A DNA stretch of 64,000 nucleotides, from NCBI RefSeq assembly GCF_006345805.1, contig NC_043004.1, forward strand, positions 7,750,001-7,814,000, in the 5' to 3' direction. The translations under genes were made by a program, and so were the position numbers. The notes under the pieces were generated by a model. The model had not been told where the DNA came from, did no database searches, and saw nothing but the letters and a program-made list of their open reading frames with translations. How positions within the stretch are numbered: the stretch's first letter is position 1; each line of letters begins with the position of its first letter. Shown here piece after piece: positions 1-14,125 of this stretch. Source of the DNA: Octopus sinensis. Its lineage: Eukaryota.

Positions 1-6
1 TCGTAC

Positions 7-158
7 CTTTTTCAGAGTTGGAGATCTGGTTTCTCTAGTATGTTGGTCGTTTAGAAGCAGGTCGTTGTAGTGTAGATTTAGGAAGATATCAGGAGTGAGA
101 ATATTTCCTTGGTGCCCTTCAGTGCCAGCAGTCGCCAGTTCAGTGACTGGATCGGAAC
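7..158 (-). CDS. CPLANE1: CPLANE1 coding exon 26 (last in window)
   Basis: aaccag|(G)SDPVTELATAGTEGHQGNILTPDIFLNLHYNDLLL...PTLKK|gtacga; phase 1 to 0. Confidence 0.82.
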
Positions 159-606
159 CTGGTTTAAGATGACACGTAAACAAAATCAGTTTTTTTTTGT
201 GTGTATGAGGTGGGGTAATTGATGTTAGAATATTACCAGTACTTACACCATGTTTACATCTTTCATTCACTGACACACAAACAACTGACTTCTGGATAGT
301 TATTTATTAAATTCCAGTCACAAGACTTTGTTCGATCCAAGTTATGGTAAAAGACAATTTTCTAATGTGTCATACAGTGGGATAGAACCTGCAACCCTAT
401 GAACCACACATCCAATCCTTCTCTAAAATGTTCTACCTCTGTATCAATGTTAGACATTAATATATTCTTAACCATAAATAGTCATTTTGAAACTAATTAC
501 CAATTCTACATAAAAAGCAAAGCCAACAAATCTTTTGCCATTTGATGTTTCACAAATACTTCCACTCCAATTTCTCTAACTGATGATGATGATGATGATG
601 ATGATG

Positions 607-1190
607 ACATCATCATTTAATGTCCATTGTCCATGCTGGCATGGGTTGGACGGTTTGATCAGGGCTGGTAAACTGAGGGGCTGCACCAGACTCTAGCCTG
701 ATTTGACATGGATTCTTTGGCTGGATGCCCTTCAGAATGCCAACCACTCAAAGAATGCAATGGGTGCTTTTATGTGCCACCAGCACAGGTGCCATTTATG
801 CGACACTGGCATTGGCCATGACTGTGATTTCACTTGGCTTCCTCAAGCACAGCACATCACCAAAGGTCTTGGTCACTTGTCATTGCCTTCATGAGGCCCA
901 ACATTCAAAGACCATGCTTCACCACCTTGTCCCATGTCTTCCTGGGTCTATTTCTTCCACAGGTTTCCTCCACAGTTAGAGATCAACACTTCTTTACACG
1001 GCTGCCTTCATCCATATGCAGCACAGTCATCTCTCTTTCACACCACATCTGATGCGTCTTATGCCCAACTTTTCTCTCAAGATGCTGACACTCTGTCATA
1101 CATGCACACTAACATTACACATCCAACGAAGCATGCTAGCCTCATTTCTTTCAAGCCTATGCATGTCCTTGATCCTTGGTGGTCACAGCC
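607..1190 (-). mobile_element. RTE-clade LINE 3' fragment
   Basis: (cat)n end plus the family 3'UTR (ccatgctggcatgggttggac...ctggatgccctt), continuing into the antisense of the ORF end also seen at 18480-18850. Confidence 0.75.
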
Positions 1191-1973
1191 CATGATATAT
1201 TTAATAAGTTGACACTGATAAGATTGTTATCCATTTCTGAAGTGCAATAAGTAATTAGAAGCTGGTTAAGTGCTGAATTCTCACTTCTAAGTTAAAAGTT
1301 TATATTTTACTGTTGTTATGCTGTCAGGCAATATATATATATATATAAATATATTTTATATATAGAGATATATACAAACCTACATAGTAGATATACATGT
1401 TGCTCTATAGATTGAAGAAAAAAAGATGAATATCTTTAACAGGTTTCCAATACTTATTAGAGTCTCATTAGGTGTTTACATCACTTGACCAATCTGAGAG
1501 AAATAAGCAGCTAATCTGTTTATTTCCACAACAAATCCAGTGGCTTCAGATGACTGGGTCTGCCAATTTGCATAATAAAAGTATTTAGAAATTCATTTAA
1601 TTTCAGGGGCCTTCAACGGGGCACCCAGTCCACACAGTATCAAGGTATGATATATGTAAACCTACTATCTTGGTTTACATATAATTAAGTATTTAATTCT
1701 ACTTACATAATTAAATCAGTTTTATGAACACTTGGGTTGGGGAATCCTTGAATGATGGTGCTTAGCTCAGGTTTACATGAAATACCATAAAAGAGAGGAA
1801 GTCAGTTTGCTGCAGCTGACCTGAACACGTTCCTAACAACCAGGTGGACAAAGCTTCCTTGAAACAACAAATTACCAGCCAGAAATTTGAGCAATTACTT
1901 CAATATTTTATCCATTCACCATCTCACTTGTACTTTCTCAATTAAGACATAATTAAAGTGTTAATTAATTTAC

Positions 1974-2089
1974 CCGTGTCTTTAGTGATGGAAGTAGCAA
2001 CATCAGTCATTTGTTTTATTTCTTCAATCACAGGATCAGTCACAACACTCACATCAGACGTTTGTTTCTTTCGCTTCAACTGCATCCAT
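1974..2089 (-). CDS. CPLANE1: CPLANE1 coding exon 25 (5' phase unresolved)
   Basis: tttcag|A WMQLKRKKQTSDVSVVTDPVIEEIKQMTDVATSITKDT G|gtaaat; open only when entered in phase 2, whereas exon 24 ends in phase 0. Confidence 0.7.
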
Positions 2090-2759
2090 CTGAAAATACA
2101 TCACAAGAAACACAAACCAGGTTACTCTTTTTGTGTTTTTTTCAATGGTGTCAGTCATTCAATTGTGGCCATGCTGGGGGCACTATCTTAAAGGGGTCTC
2201 TTTTTTGTTGTTGTTGCTGGTTATATGTTTGTATTAAGCCTGGTACTTTGTCTAATGCCTAATTTAGCAATTACATAAAAGAGAACATCCATAAAAAAAG
2301 GCTGAAATGGAACCAAAGGGTCTTTGGCATTTTGGTTTGATGCTCTGATTCTGGCATTCTTCATGGATGCTTTATCATTTGGGTCAGACAGAGTTTGTTG
2401 AGGTCGATATTTTATAGCTGGATGCTCCTCCTGTCACCAAGCCTCACCCGTTTCCATTTAAGATAATATTTCCCTCCATGGCCAGGCACGTTTTCATGGA
2501 AGATTTGTTGTTACACTGCTTGTGCGATGGTGATGCTCACTTTCAACAATCAACAGTCAAGACAAGGAGACACAAATACACTCATGCACAAGACAATGGG
2601 CTTCTTTTAGTTTCCATCTACCAAATCCACTTACAAGGCTTTGGTTAGCCTGGGGCCATAGCAGAAGTCACTTGCTCAAGGAGCCACACAGTGGGACTGA
2701 ACCCAGCACCATGTGGTAGGGAGACGCAATCACACAGCCATACCTATACCTGTTTATAC

Positions 2760-2900
2760 TGGTAAAGGTTTAAGCTGCCAATTCTGTACAAGACATTGTA
2801 GATCTTTAGCTGGGCTAAAAAGTCACATTCGATCACAGCACCAATAACAGTTAAAGCTTCATGCAATGGCCATACTCGATAACGAGGGGGCAGCCATCAT
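2760..2900 (+). mobile_element. LINE 3' end fragment with C2H2-like knuckle (RTE-type)
   Basis: Translates GLSCQFCTRHCRSLAGLKSHIRSQH*, followed by a short 3'UTR and (TA)n. Confidence 0.6.
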
Positions 2901-3664
2901 ATATATATATATATATATATGTACATATACAGCCATTCCTATGCCTGTTTATATATGTGTGTGTGTGTGAGTGTGTATGTACATACATATTGGCCTGCCT
3001 GCCTGCTTCCTGCCTTGCCAGTGGGATGGCAGCATTTAAGAGCTAAAACACTGCTAAACACATTGTGATCAGTGGGGTATAACAACATCCAACAGCCTGG
3101 TGAGGTTATGATTATATTATCAATCGCACATACTCAGTGTATGTTTGTTTCGTTTATACACAGAATCAGCTGCGGAATAGCATCCTGGAAAAGCTCTCTA
3201 AAACAATGTTGAGGGTTAAAGAAACAGACTTCATTCCATTTGCATAGAAGTCAGAGACCAGCAATTCAATTCCTTTCAAGATGATCTGGGTACATGGTAG
3301 CTGTACAATGGGATTGAACCTGAAACCACGTGGTTGTGAATGAACACTGAACCACAGCCCTATCTATGCCCCTTCACCAAAGGAAAACAGTTCTTATAGG
3401 TTTTCCTGAGTAGTCCCAATATTCATCAAGAAAATTATCATTTACATTTACTGTTCAGTCTACAGAGGAATGGCAGTAGGCATGGTTCTTGTAGAACCAA
3501 ACTTATTTTTAAAAGTACATACATAGGCACAGGCATAGCTGAGTGGTTCAGAAGCTTGCTTTGTAACCATGTGCTTTCATGTTCAATCCCCCTAAACAGT
3601 ACCTTGGGGCAACAAATGCCTTCTGAGTGAATTTGGTAGACAAAACTACATGGAAGCATATATA

Positions 3665-4103
3665 TAATAATAATAATAATGAAATTATTGTATACAGTGC
3701 TCAGGTACAACACAACTTGTCAAAAGTGCATATAAAGCATATGCAGTAATGTACAAATGTCTGGGAAGTGAACAGTGTATGAGTCAGATACATGCTTGTG
3801 TGTGTATGGAGGGGAGAAGATCAGGTGTAGTATTGGCAAATCTCAGGAAGCATGGAAGTTTTGAAGGATGCAGTGCTCTGACGACTAACAACTGATGTCG
3901 GCAGTTTGTTCCATGCTTCAGCAACTCTTAGTGTGAAAAAATGGTTTCCGAAAGTCATGGGAGCTGTGCTGTTTTCTGACTTTGTAAACATGTCCACGGG
4001 TGTTAGACAGATGGAGTTTGAAAAGGTGCTCAGAGTTATTGTTTGTAAGATAGTTAATAATTTTATGGGTGTCTGCCAAGTCAGCTGCCAGACGTTGGAG
4101 TTT

Positions 4104-4105
<2 letters not shown>
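3665..4105 (-). mobile_element. CR1/L2-type LINE 3' fragment
   Basis: [16 protein letters not shown]...[13 protein letters not shown]; near-identical copy at about 42075-42570 and a partial one at about 48545-48750. Confidence 0.8.
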
Positions 4106-4175
<70 letters not shown>

Positions 4176-4185
4176 GTGTGTGTAT

Positions 4186-4223
<38 letters not shown>

Positions 4224-4302
4224 GTATATATATATGTATGTATATATATATGTATGTATATATATATGTATGTATATATACATGTATATATATATGTATG
4301 TA

Positions 4303-4335
<33 letters not shown>
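4106..4335. repeat. (TA)n/(TATG)n microsatellite
   Basis: Direct; explains the YI-repeat ORFs. Confidence 0.97.
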
Positions 4336-4336
<1 letters not shown>

Positions 4337-4501
4337 AAAGAGTAAGTATCACACTTCAAACAAACAAACCCAAGTACTGGGTTTGATTTATTTGATTAAA
4401 AACCCTTCCAGGCAGTAATCCAAAAGACAATTAGGAAAACCAGAAATGTAATTGTAGCATAGGAAAAAGTAATATAAAATTGTTATTAGGTTAATATTTA
4501 C

Positions 4502-4620
4502 CTTCTTAGATTCAAGTCTTAATTTTTGGAGTTTTGTTGCAACATCATATTGAATTTTGGAGTAGTTGCTTGTAGGAACCCCTAATTCAGCTCCCAATTT
4601 TAGGAAATTGTCAAAAGAAC
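4502..4620 (-). CDS. CPLANE1: CPLANE1 coding exon 24
   Basis: caatag|(G)SFDNFLKLGAELGVPTSNYSKIQYDVATKLQKLRLESKK|gtaaat; phase 1 to 0. Confidence 0.8.
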
Positions 4621-4674
4621 CTATTGAAAGAGAAAAAAAAAAAACACAAAAAAAGTTCAGAATAATTACCAACA

Positions 4675-4792
4675 TGGTTCCGGGTTCAGTCCCACTGCAT
4701 GGCACCTTGGGTATGTGTCTTCTACTAGAGCCTCAGGCCGACCAAAGCCTTGTGAGTGGATTTGGTAGACGGAGACTGAAAGAAGTCTGTCG

Positions 4793-4829
<37 letters not shown>

Positions 4830-5040
4830 GTATGTGTGTATATGTTTGTGTGTTTGTCCCCCCAACATCGCTTGACAACTGATGCTAGTGCTTTTACGTC
4901 CCCGTAACTTAGCGGTTTGGCAAAAGAGACCGATAGAATAAGTACTAGGCTTACAAAGAATAAGTCCTGGGTTCGATTTGCTCAACTAAAGGCGGTGCTC
5001 CAGCATGGCTGCAGTCACATGACTGAAACAAGTCAAAGAG
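4675..5040 (+). mobile_element. tRNA-derived SINE (5'-truncated copy)
   Basis: ggttccgggttcagtcccactgc box-B-like head, internal (TA)n; same family as 23985-24385. Confidence 0.75.
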
Positions 5041-5652
5041 CCATATTACACATACCAACACACAAATATATTTGGGTTTGGCCTGTGTTTGTAGTGGATT
5101 GACTTTATACAAGCGACTGGAAGAGGGAACTTATGGGGTACAAGGCATAATGTAGAGGTGACAGCATGAAAGATGGCAGACGACATAAGGAGAGGGAGGG
5201 TTAGCAGCTACACCTGCATTTTCTGACAGTAAGCTACAGAACAATCTAAAGAAGGATACTGTCTTGGAATTCTTGGGAGATGAGGGAGGATGAGAATTTA
5301 AGTTGAGACAAACAAAGAGAAGGCAAGGGAAATACAATGACAAATATGGAATGAGGTTGTGACAAGGTAAGAATGGATGTGACCTGTAAATCTACCGGAC
5401 CAAGACAAAATACATGCAGATAATGCAAACGCCATAGCACACAGGAACCAACATTGTTGAGATGCAGAAAAGGCCATACCAATGCAAAAGGCAACAATAA
5501 TATAGAATACTACAAACTGAAAATGAAACAACAACAACAAAAAGGATGTTGAAATATGTGAAAGGCCTTTTGCTTTTGATTCTGAAAGTCTTCGTAAAGA
5601 TCAAAGCAATCCCATTGACTCTAATTTAATTGTAAAGATTAGCTTTCCTTAC

Positions 5653-5749
5653 CAGGGTTGAAAATAAAATCTTTGTGAATCTTTTCTGGTTCCAATTTCT
5701 TCTCTTCTGGTTTCTTCAATGAGACTGAAGATTCCATTTGATCTTTATC
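5653..5749 (-). CDS. CPLANE1: CPLANE1 coding exon 23
   Basis: ttatag|DKDQMESSVSLKKPEEKKLEPEKIHKDFIFNP|gtaagg; phase 0 to 1. Confidence 0.8.
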
Positions 5750-6535
5750 CTATAATAACAAGGTTTTCTTTATTAGCCACAAAAGGGGTTTACATTAAAA
5801 AGCAAAAACATTAAGGACAGCACAGGACAAAACACCGAGAGTGTGTGTGTGTGTGCGTGCATGTGCCCATGTGTGTTAGGATTTTGTGTGTAAACAGGTT
5901 TAACAAAATAAAAAAGTAATAATAAAATTTTAACAATGAATATCCCTCAAAAGGGAGGAGAGAGTTGAGGGCTGCTCATGGAAAAACCCTGGGTGCCATT
6001 CCTCAGTTCTTTATCTCTGGTTTAATAATAATAATAATAATAATAATAATCCTTTCTATTATAGGCAGAATCAGCAGCCCCCCAGATGAAATGTTTAGCA
6101 GCCAATTTGGCCCAAATTCTGCTGGGATTGGCTTTACCTTTTATCCTTTTAGGGTCAATGGAATAAAAACCAGTTGAGCATTGGAATTGATGTAATCAAA
6201 TTATCCTTAAAATTTTTGGTCTTGTGCCAAAGTTTGAAACCATTATACAAGTGATGGAATATCAGGAATTCTATAATATCAGAATAACTGTCATGTCTGA
6301 TGTTGTTCAAATTCCTCAATGTTCTAAATTTAAATTCTAAGCAACATCCAATTTGCCTTTCACCTTGGAAGGATTAATAAAATAAGCTCAAGATATTTAT
6401 TGAAACTGATTATAACACCTTCTGCCTGCAATTAACCATTTCCTTATACAATTGTCTCTTACAAATTATTAACCAGGCACCAATAACAGAATCATTACTT
6501 TTTCAACATTCCTCAGAGGCAAAATCTTTCTTTAC

Positions 6536-6608
6536 CTCAACTTTTCTCTGTGTTTTTTCCAAACTTTTCTTTTCTTCTTCCTCCTCCTTTTTCTTTCTTC
6601 GAATGCTT
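6536..6608 (-). CDS. CPLANE1: CPLANE1 coding exon 22
   Basis: caatag|SIRRKKKEEEEEKKSLEKTQRKVE|gtaaag; phase 2 to 0. Confidence 0.8.
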
Positions 6609-6719
6609 CTATTGGCAAAAAAAAAAAAAAAAAAAAAGAAAACCTTCAACATAACTTTAATACAGTTTCCATATTCAACAAATAGATTACATAACAAGTT
6701 TAACTGAATGGAACACACC

Positions 6720-7730
6720 ATCGTCGTCATCATCGTTTAATGTCTGCTTTCCATGCTGGCATGGGTTGGACGGTTTGACTGAAGACTGGTGAGCCAGGAG
6801 GCCACACCAGGCTCCAATCTGATCTGGCAGAGTTTCTACAGCTGGATGCCCTTCCTAATGCCAACCACTCCAAGAGTGTAGTGGGTGCTTTTTATATTCC
6901 ACCAGCACAGGAGCCAGCAAGGCGGGCCTGGCAATGATCACATTCGGACAGTGCTTTTTATGTGCTACCGGCACAGGGAGCCAGTTAGGATGGTGAGTGC
7001 TGGCATTGACCATGTTCAGATAGTGCTTTTTACGTTCCACTAGCACAGGGACCAGTCAGGCGGCACTGGCAACAACCCATGCATAAATAGTGCTTATTGC
7101 ATGCTACCAGCACGGGGAACCAGTCAGGTGGCATTTCCATTTTTTATTTTGATTTGATTGAGATTGTGATTTTGATTTTTGATTTTACTTGACTCAATGG
7201 GTCTCTTCAAGCACAGTGTGTCACCCAATGATTCAAAGGTACCTTTTAAATGGGCTGGTTATGTGACACTGGTATAGGCTACAGCTGTGATCTCACTATA
7301 CTTGTCAGGTCTTCTCAATCACAGCATATCTCCAAAGGTCTCGGTCTTTTGTCATTGCCTCTGTGAGGCCCAAAGTCTGATGGTCGTGCTTCACCACCTC
7401 ATCTCGTGTCTTCCTGGGTCTCCCTCTTCTACTGTTAGAGAAGGACACTTCTTCACACAGCTCTCCTCATCCATATGCAACACATGACCATACCAGCGCA
7501 GTTGTCTCTCCTGCACACCACATCTTATATCCAACATTTCTCGCAGGGCACTTATACTCTGTTGTGAGTGCACACTGACATTACACATCCAGCGGATCAT
7601 GCTAGCTTCATATCTTTCAAACCTACGCATCTCTTCAGCAATCATGTTTCACTGCTGTGTAGCATGGCAGTATGCACACATGCATCATACAGTCTACTTT
7701 TCGCTCTGAGTGAGAGGCCCTTTGTCACTA
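6720..7730 (-). mobile_element. RTE LINE 3' fragment (ORF end plus 3'UTR)
   Basis: Minus-strand ORF ..ERYEASMIRWMCNV..LRWYGHV..; (cat)n terminus at about 6720. Confidence 0.8.
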
Positions 7731-9858
7731 GTAGAGGTAGGAGCTTTCTGAACTTTGCCCAGGCTATTATTAATTTTTTTTGTTAATCCAGTTCAGTTAT
7801 GAGTGTTTCTAGGAATTGGATCAGAGCAGGAATGGCAGTGTCATACAATATAACAATTAGAACTGTGAGGAATTTACTAGACACATATCCATTAATACCC
7901 CATTTCTTCATTTCTTTCCCTTATTCTAACTGCTTCAAACAATTCTTCAGAAGGAGTTTAAGACCTTTGTTGATGATTTCAATCAAATTCTGCTGAAAAA
8001 CTTCAGAAGATCAAGACAGGACTGCGTGGGCAGAAAAAGAAACCCGAAGCATTCGGGAAGTGACTTTATGTCGTGTTTAGGAAGGGAATAGACAGGAAAT
8101 CCATCTATTCAAACACTGAGCATATATAAAGGGTTATGTAGGGTCTGTAGTGGACTGACATGAAGAAAACAGCTAATGGTACGGACATCCAGAGTTTGAA
8201 CGTGTTGGAATGCTTACAAGGATCTTTAGAAATGGTCGGTAAATTCAGTTACCTTGAGGATAATCACTACTAAAGATGAAGATAATGGTAAAGTCTGAAT
8301 GTGAGGGAATAAAGTTCAGAGAACTGCAAAAGAGATTTTGGAATCTCTGTGTCCTGAGGTTGGTGCCTGTTTTCAGCATTCATTCCGCTGAGGTCGACTT
8401 TGCCTTTCATCCTTTCAGGGTCGATAAATTAAGTACCAGTTACGCACTGGGGTTGAGCTAATTGACTGGCCCCCTACCCCAAAATTTCGGACCTCGTCCC
8501 TTGAGTAGAAAAGAATAATAAAATTTCCACACGAGGAGGACACTGATCTATTATAAGAGACTTTTCTTACTAAGGCAACTAAACACGATAATTATCATCT
8601 AATTAAACATTTGCTAATTATACCAAACCAAACACTGCTTAGTGTAATACATTTTATCACTCTGTGGAACCTATTTACAGTGAGATGGATACTTTGCAAA
8701 GTTGAGTATCTGGATCATAAATACAGCCAAGTGTTATAGACAGAACATGACCGACTGACCATTAAATTGGCCAGTCTCGTTCTCTTCAGACAGTTTCTAT
8801 TAATAAATATCATTTGCTATATTATTAACCCCATTTTTGCCTTTGTACTAAACACAAGGTTTTGACCAGTCTCTCAGAGTTCTTAGAACAGGTGCTTCAT
8901 ATACCTGCTTGTTGAAAGAGGTAACTAAAGAAGGAAGAGGGGAAGAAAAGACATTCAGTTGTAAAACATTAGCTCAAAAAGTCTCATTCAACCCATGCCA
9001 GTATGGAAAAACATCCAGTCCATGCCAATCTTAAGTCACCTTCAAATGTCTTCTCTCTAAATATATACGTTTACCTTCATTAATAATAAAAGCCCTGAGT
9101 TCAAACCCAGACCAGGACACCTGGAGATGAACAGACACTGGCTTGACAGAAATGTCATATAAAATGCAAAAGATGGTATTCATGGTTCAAAAAATTTCTA
9201 AACTGGTCAGCAAAAGGTTATGAAATCCTATTTGATTCTTTGCCCTCAATACAATCCCAATCACTTGGTTATAAACATTAATAATGGTAATCACACCAAG
9301 TTCTGAATCTCAGACTTTGACCGCTACTTTTTCTCCTCTGCAGTATTTAGAGCATTTCTTGTAACCATTAGCAGGATGAAGAATCACCAATGAAGTCTTT
9401 GTCCAAAGAGCGTTAAGAAAAAATGAAGATTATGAAGTCTAAACCATTCTAGTTTATTAAATGTAGCTGGAAATTGGAGGAAGAAAGTGAAATGAAATGA
9501 TTCCACCAAGAATCAAACAAATGTTGCCAATATTTATTTTAAACCCAAGCCGTATGTTCAACGAACCACAAAATCTGAATGGATCATCATAATTTAATTA
9601 AGCAGAGTATCATTAAAAAATGTTTTTATGTTTTAGTGAAAAAAAAAACCTTTTCCAGGGCCACAAGATGAGTGGGAAAAAGGGAGGAGGTCATTGTCAG
9701 AGTAAAAGCCTGGTATAAAAGCTTGCAACAGAATGAACTCTGCTTGAGGTACCCAAGGGACAAAGGGGTGGAGGTTAAACCAGATGACTGGTTTAGTCCA
9801 TCACTCACTGTCATCAGTCACTCTTTTTATTTGATTAAAAACATAATCAATGACTTAC

Positions 9859-11063
9859 CGTTTGAGATTGTTTACATGAGAGTCTTTATAAACTTTGGAT
9901 TCCGTTGATTGTTCATCTTCTCCAGAAGATGGTTGTTTCATCCTGAGATACTGAAATTCCAATGGAGTCGGGCTGCTTTTCTTCCCCTCTTCCTTCAGTT
10001 TCTGTAATTCGTTTTGCTGAAACTTTATAAAGTTTTTCTTTTTATTTTCAGTTTTCTCCAGAAGTTTCTGCTTAAAGCCAACAATGAGTTCAGGTGGTAT
10101 GAGCTGATAAGACAAATGAGGGCTGAGCATCTCTGATTTGTCTTTGGGGATTTTTAGTAATGGCATCGGGGAAGGTTCTTCTGGTTCTTCCAGATCAGAA
10201 GAATCAATCAACAATTTAAAAGTTTGTTTCGGAAATTGCATCGTGTTGATATTAGTATTAGTAGCATTGTGGTAATTTACAAATTTACTGCTGCCAGAAT
10301 TTGCCGATTTCTGGGAGGAAGAAACTTTATTGTTAATTTCCACAGCTTCTTGCCTAACTTGGGGAATACATAAATAAGGTTCTGGAATTTTAAAAATATT
10401 GGGTTGTTTCTTTGTAAGACAAAGCAAAGGCATTCTGACAGGGTTCTCTGGGTTTGATTGCTGCCCCTCCTGGTTGTTAACTGCAGTGGGTTCTGTTACT
10501 GAATTAAGTTGTGGCAATGACATCAAAGGTGGAGATTCCGAGACGACATTGTCGAGATTAAATAAACGGTAGTTCTGATGTGAACCTTTATTGGTCACAC
10601 CACCCGTCATTGCATCAGTTACTCTCCTGTTATCATTAACAATCTGTTGGTGCTGGTAATTTTCTGAAGGATCAATTCTTTGATTGTAGTTCTTATTATT
10701 CAAAGGTTTTGAAATCAAAGTTGAAGAACTTTCTTTTGTAGTCTGAGATATTTCTTGAAGATTCTCCAATTCCTTTAAGACTCCTCTAATATTTCCAACT
10801 GAGCTTTTAGGATGTTTTAGGCTTCTTAGTCTGAAGGATGAGGTAGAATCTGGTGCTCTGATATCAACTTGTGTCTTTTTAGAAGATATTGTCACAGGTG
10901 GTCTTTGATTCTCAGACTCTGAATCGGAACTAAAACTATCCTCGGCCACACTGGAACCAGCTGGAATTTTATTAATGCTGTCTGCTCTCTGGTTTCTTTT
11001 GTTCTTTACCTTTTTATGAGGTAACAAGGCATCTATAACAGACTGGAATCGGTCGTTTTGAAC
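9859..11063 (-). CDS. CPLANE1: CPLANE1 coding exon 21 (1205 nt, low complexity)
   Basis: ttttag|VQNDRFQSVIDALLP... extends ORF 9855..11027; donor CG|gtaagt; phase 0 to 2. Confidence 0.87.
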
Positions 11064-13619
11064 CTAAAAAACAAAGAAAATACAAAAACTAAAACATTAA
11101 AAATAGCAAGGCATTAATAAACTGTAAACAGAGGGAGCTGGCATTGACCACGTTTGGATTGTGCTTTTACATGCCACTGGCATAGGAGCAAGTCAAGGCA
11201 GCAGTGCCATCAGCTATGTTCAGATGGTGCTTTTTATGTGCCACTGGAACAGAAGCCAGTTGGGGTGAGGGGCTGGCATCGACCACGTTTAGATGATGCT
11301 TTTTACATGTCACCGGCATGGGGAGCCAGACAGGTGGGCTAGCATCAGCTACAACTACAATTTCCATTTGATTGTGGGATGTTATGAGAATTATACATTA
11401 TGATAATTATCATTATTTAACATCCATTTTCCATGCTGGCATGGGTTGGACAGTTTGAGCAGAGCTGGCAAGGCTGGAGAGCTGCACCAGGCTCTGATTG
11501 TCTGCTTTTGTATGGGTTCTACAGTTGGTTGCCCTTCCTAATGCCAACCATTTTGCAAAGTGGACTGGTTGCTTTTTTTAAGTGGCACCATCACCAACAG
11601 GGTCACCAGGTACCTTGCAAGACAACAATCCTTTAATTGGGAGTGAGAAGTAGGACTGAAGGCGGGTGGGGGTGCCAGTTGAGAGATTAAAAGTATAAAG
11701 GGGTCAGAGATAGGTGTCTTACTATAAAGTAGACACTTGGGAACCTCAGTCGGAGAAGAAAGGAGAGTGAGTTAGGGAGTAAGATAAGGAGAGTGACAGA
11801 GAGAGAGAGAGACGATGGTGAAGAAGGAGGCTGATGGAGGCAGTAGGAGGAGGAGCAAAGATAATGGGAAATGGAAGTGGTTTGGGGCGGAGGAAGAAAG
11901 GTAAGTGAGAGAAAACCGGGGAGACGTAGTGTGTGCTGATTCTGGTTTCAGGTGATAGTGGGAGTGAGAGGTGAGAGAGAATGAAGGTGGGGAAAATGAT
12001 AGGAACTGAGATGTTGCTCAATGACTTCTTCCCAAGATGCAACCCTGTAGTATTGCCTTCCTGCTATATTTCCCTTACATACCTCAACTTAACTCAATAT
12101 CAAACTGAGTACCAACTACCTCAAAATCATTCGTACTTCCCTCCTCCTTTGATTAACTAATAATAATAATAATTATTATTTTAAATTTTGGTGCAAAGCC
12201 ATCAATTTTTGTGGGAGAAAGTTAGTTAATTACATCAGCCACAGTACTTGATGGTACTTATTTTTTAACCCCCAAAAATAAAAGGCACAAGTCCGAGGTT
12301 TATTCCTGTACTTATTTCAGTAATTTTGACAGCGGCCATGCTGGAGCACCACTTTTAGTCGAACAATTAGACCTCAGGACTTATTCTTTGTAAGCCTAGT
12401 ACTTATTCTATCAGTCTCTTTTGCTGAACCACTAAGTTACGGGGACGTAAACACACCAACATCAATTGTCAAGTGACGATAGGGGTGACAAACAAAGACA
12501 CATAAATACACACACACACACACATATACGACAGGCTTCTTTCAGTTTCTGTTTACCAAATCTACTCACAAGGCTTTGGTCAGCCTAAGGCTATAGTAGA
12601 AGACACTTGACCAAGGTGCCACGCAGTGGGACTGAACCCTGAACTATGTGAATAAAACGAAAACAAATTCTATTCTTTAAATGCAGTTCTATTGTTGAGA
12701 ATTAGATGGTTGCAAAATAAACTAAATCTATTGTTGTTGTTGTTATTAATTTTCAGAAGCCTGGTGCAGGCTTCTGCCTGGCTGGCTCTTGTGAAACCAT
12801 TCCACCCATGCCAGCATGGAAAGTGGACGTTAAATGATGATGATGATGATAAGAAGAAGAAGCTGATTGACTTAGTTCTGGTTAAAAAAGTGATGAAATT
12901 GTTATTGCACGTCAGACTCTTTCACTAGTTTTAGTCATTGGTGATGGCCATGCTGGGACTCCATACTCTAAGCTCAGCTCCTGTCAATCCCACCAATCCA
13001 TGAAAACAGGGTTGTGACGAGATTTTCCAAGAATGTTATACAAATTTGACATCATCATCATCATTTAACGTCTGCTTTCCATGCTAGCATGGGTTGGACG
13101 ATTTGACTGAGGACTGGTGAACCTGATGGCTGCACCAGGCACCAGTCTGATCTGGCAGTGTTTCTACAGCTGGATGCCCTTCCTAATGCCAACCACTCCG
13201 AGTGTAGTGGATGCTTTTACATGCCACCGGCACGAGGGCCAGTCTAGCCGTACTGGCAATGGACATGCTCGAAATGGTGTTTTTTTTCATGCCACCTGCA
13301 CAGAAGTGCCAGATATTACAAATGGAATACATTAAATCCAAAATCATATTTGGTTTTTACATACTTTTTATGGATTGAATGCATTTGTAGATTTTTGAAG
13401 GAGTTGAGGAGAGCAAGAGAGTACAGGATGTATTTCTTTAACGGCACCAACTGGAATGGTAGCTTTTTCTTTCTGATGTTATAGAATAATGAATTTCATT
13501 GCTTCAGTTTAACCTATTTAGAGAACAATGCTGCTTTCAAAATTTAATGAGTGCTTCTTAAAAATAAAGAAACTAGGCAATGTGTTTGTCTATGATGTGT
13601 ACTCGATAGCCATATGAAT

Positions 13620-14085
13620 CTCAACAAGAGTCCAGAAGCTGGCTACCCGCATGGTTCTTGGTCTCAAGCATTTGTCTTATCAAGAAAGGCTGAAGACGCT
13701 CGACCTTTATTCTCTAGAAAAACGACGATGCCGTGGTGATCTCATTCTTGCTCACAACATCATAAGCAGAAAGTGTAACCTCTCGAAAGAGCTGTTTTTC
13801 ACTCTTGCTCCAGAATGTCGGCTGCGGGGTCACTCCGAAAAGCTCTATCTGCGACGATTTCATCTCAATCGAAGGAGAGGGGCTTTCTCCATCTGGGTTG
13901 CGGATCCGTGGAATAAGCTGCCGGACGAGATAGTGAAGATGCTGAAGACCACTCGGTTCAAAGTCTCCCTTGACCACAAATGGCCTGAACTCTTTGCATG
14001 AACACCACCCTGTACATAACTCCATGTCCCCCTACATGACCTTGCTTTTTGCTTTTTGAGCCAAAAAATTAACTTAACTTAATTA
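13620..14085 (+). mobile_element. CR1 LINE 3' fragment
   Basis: LSYQERLKTLDLYSLEKRRCRGDLI...RLRGHSEKL...WNKLP is the typical CR1 RT C-terminus. Confidence 0.88.
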
Positions 14086-14125
14086 GAGAAGGGGTTTAAA
14101 GGGAGAAAATAAACGACTTGCTTAC

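Noticed and set aside
3906-4386. YI-repeat ORFs
   Set aside because: (TA)n microsatellite fused to a CR1 fragment.
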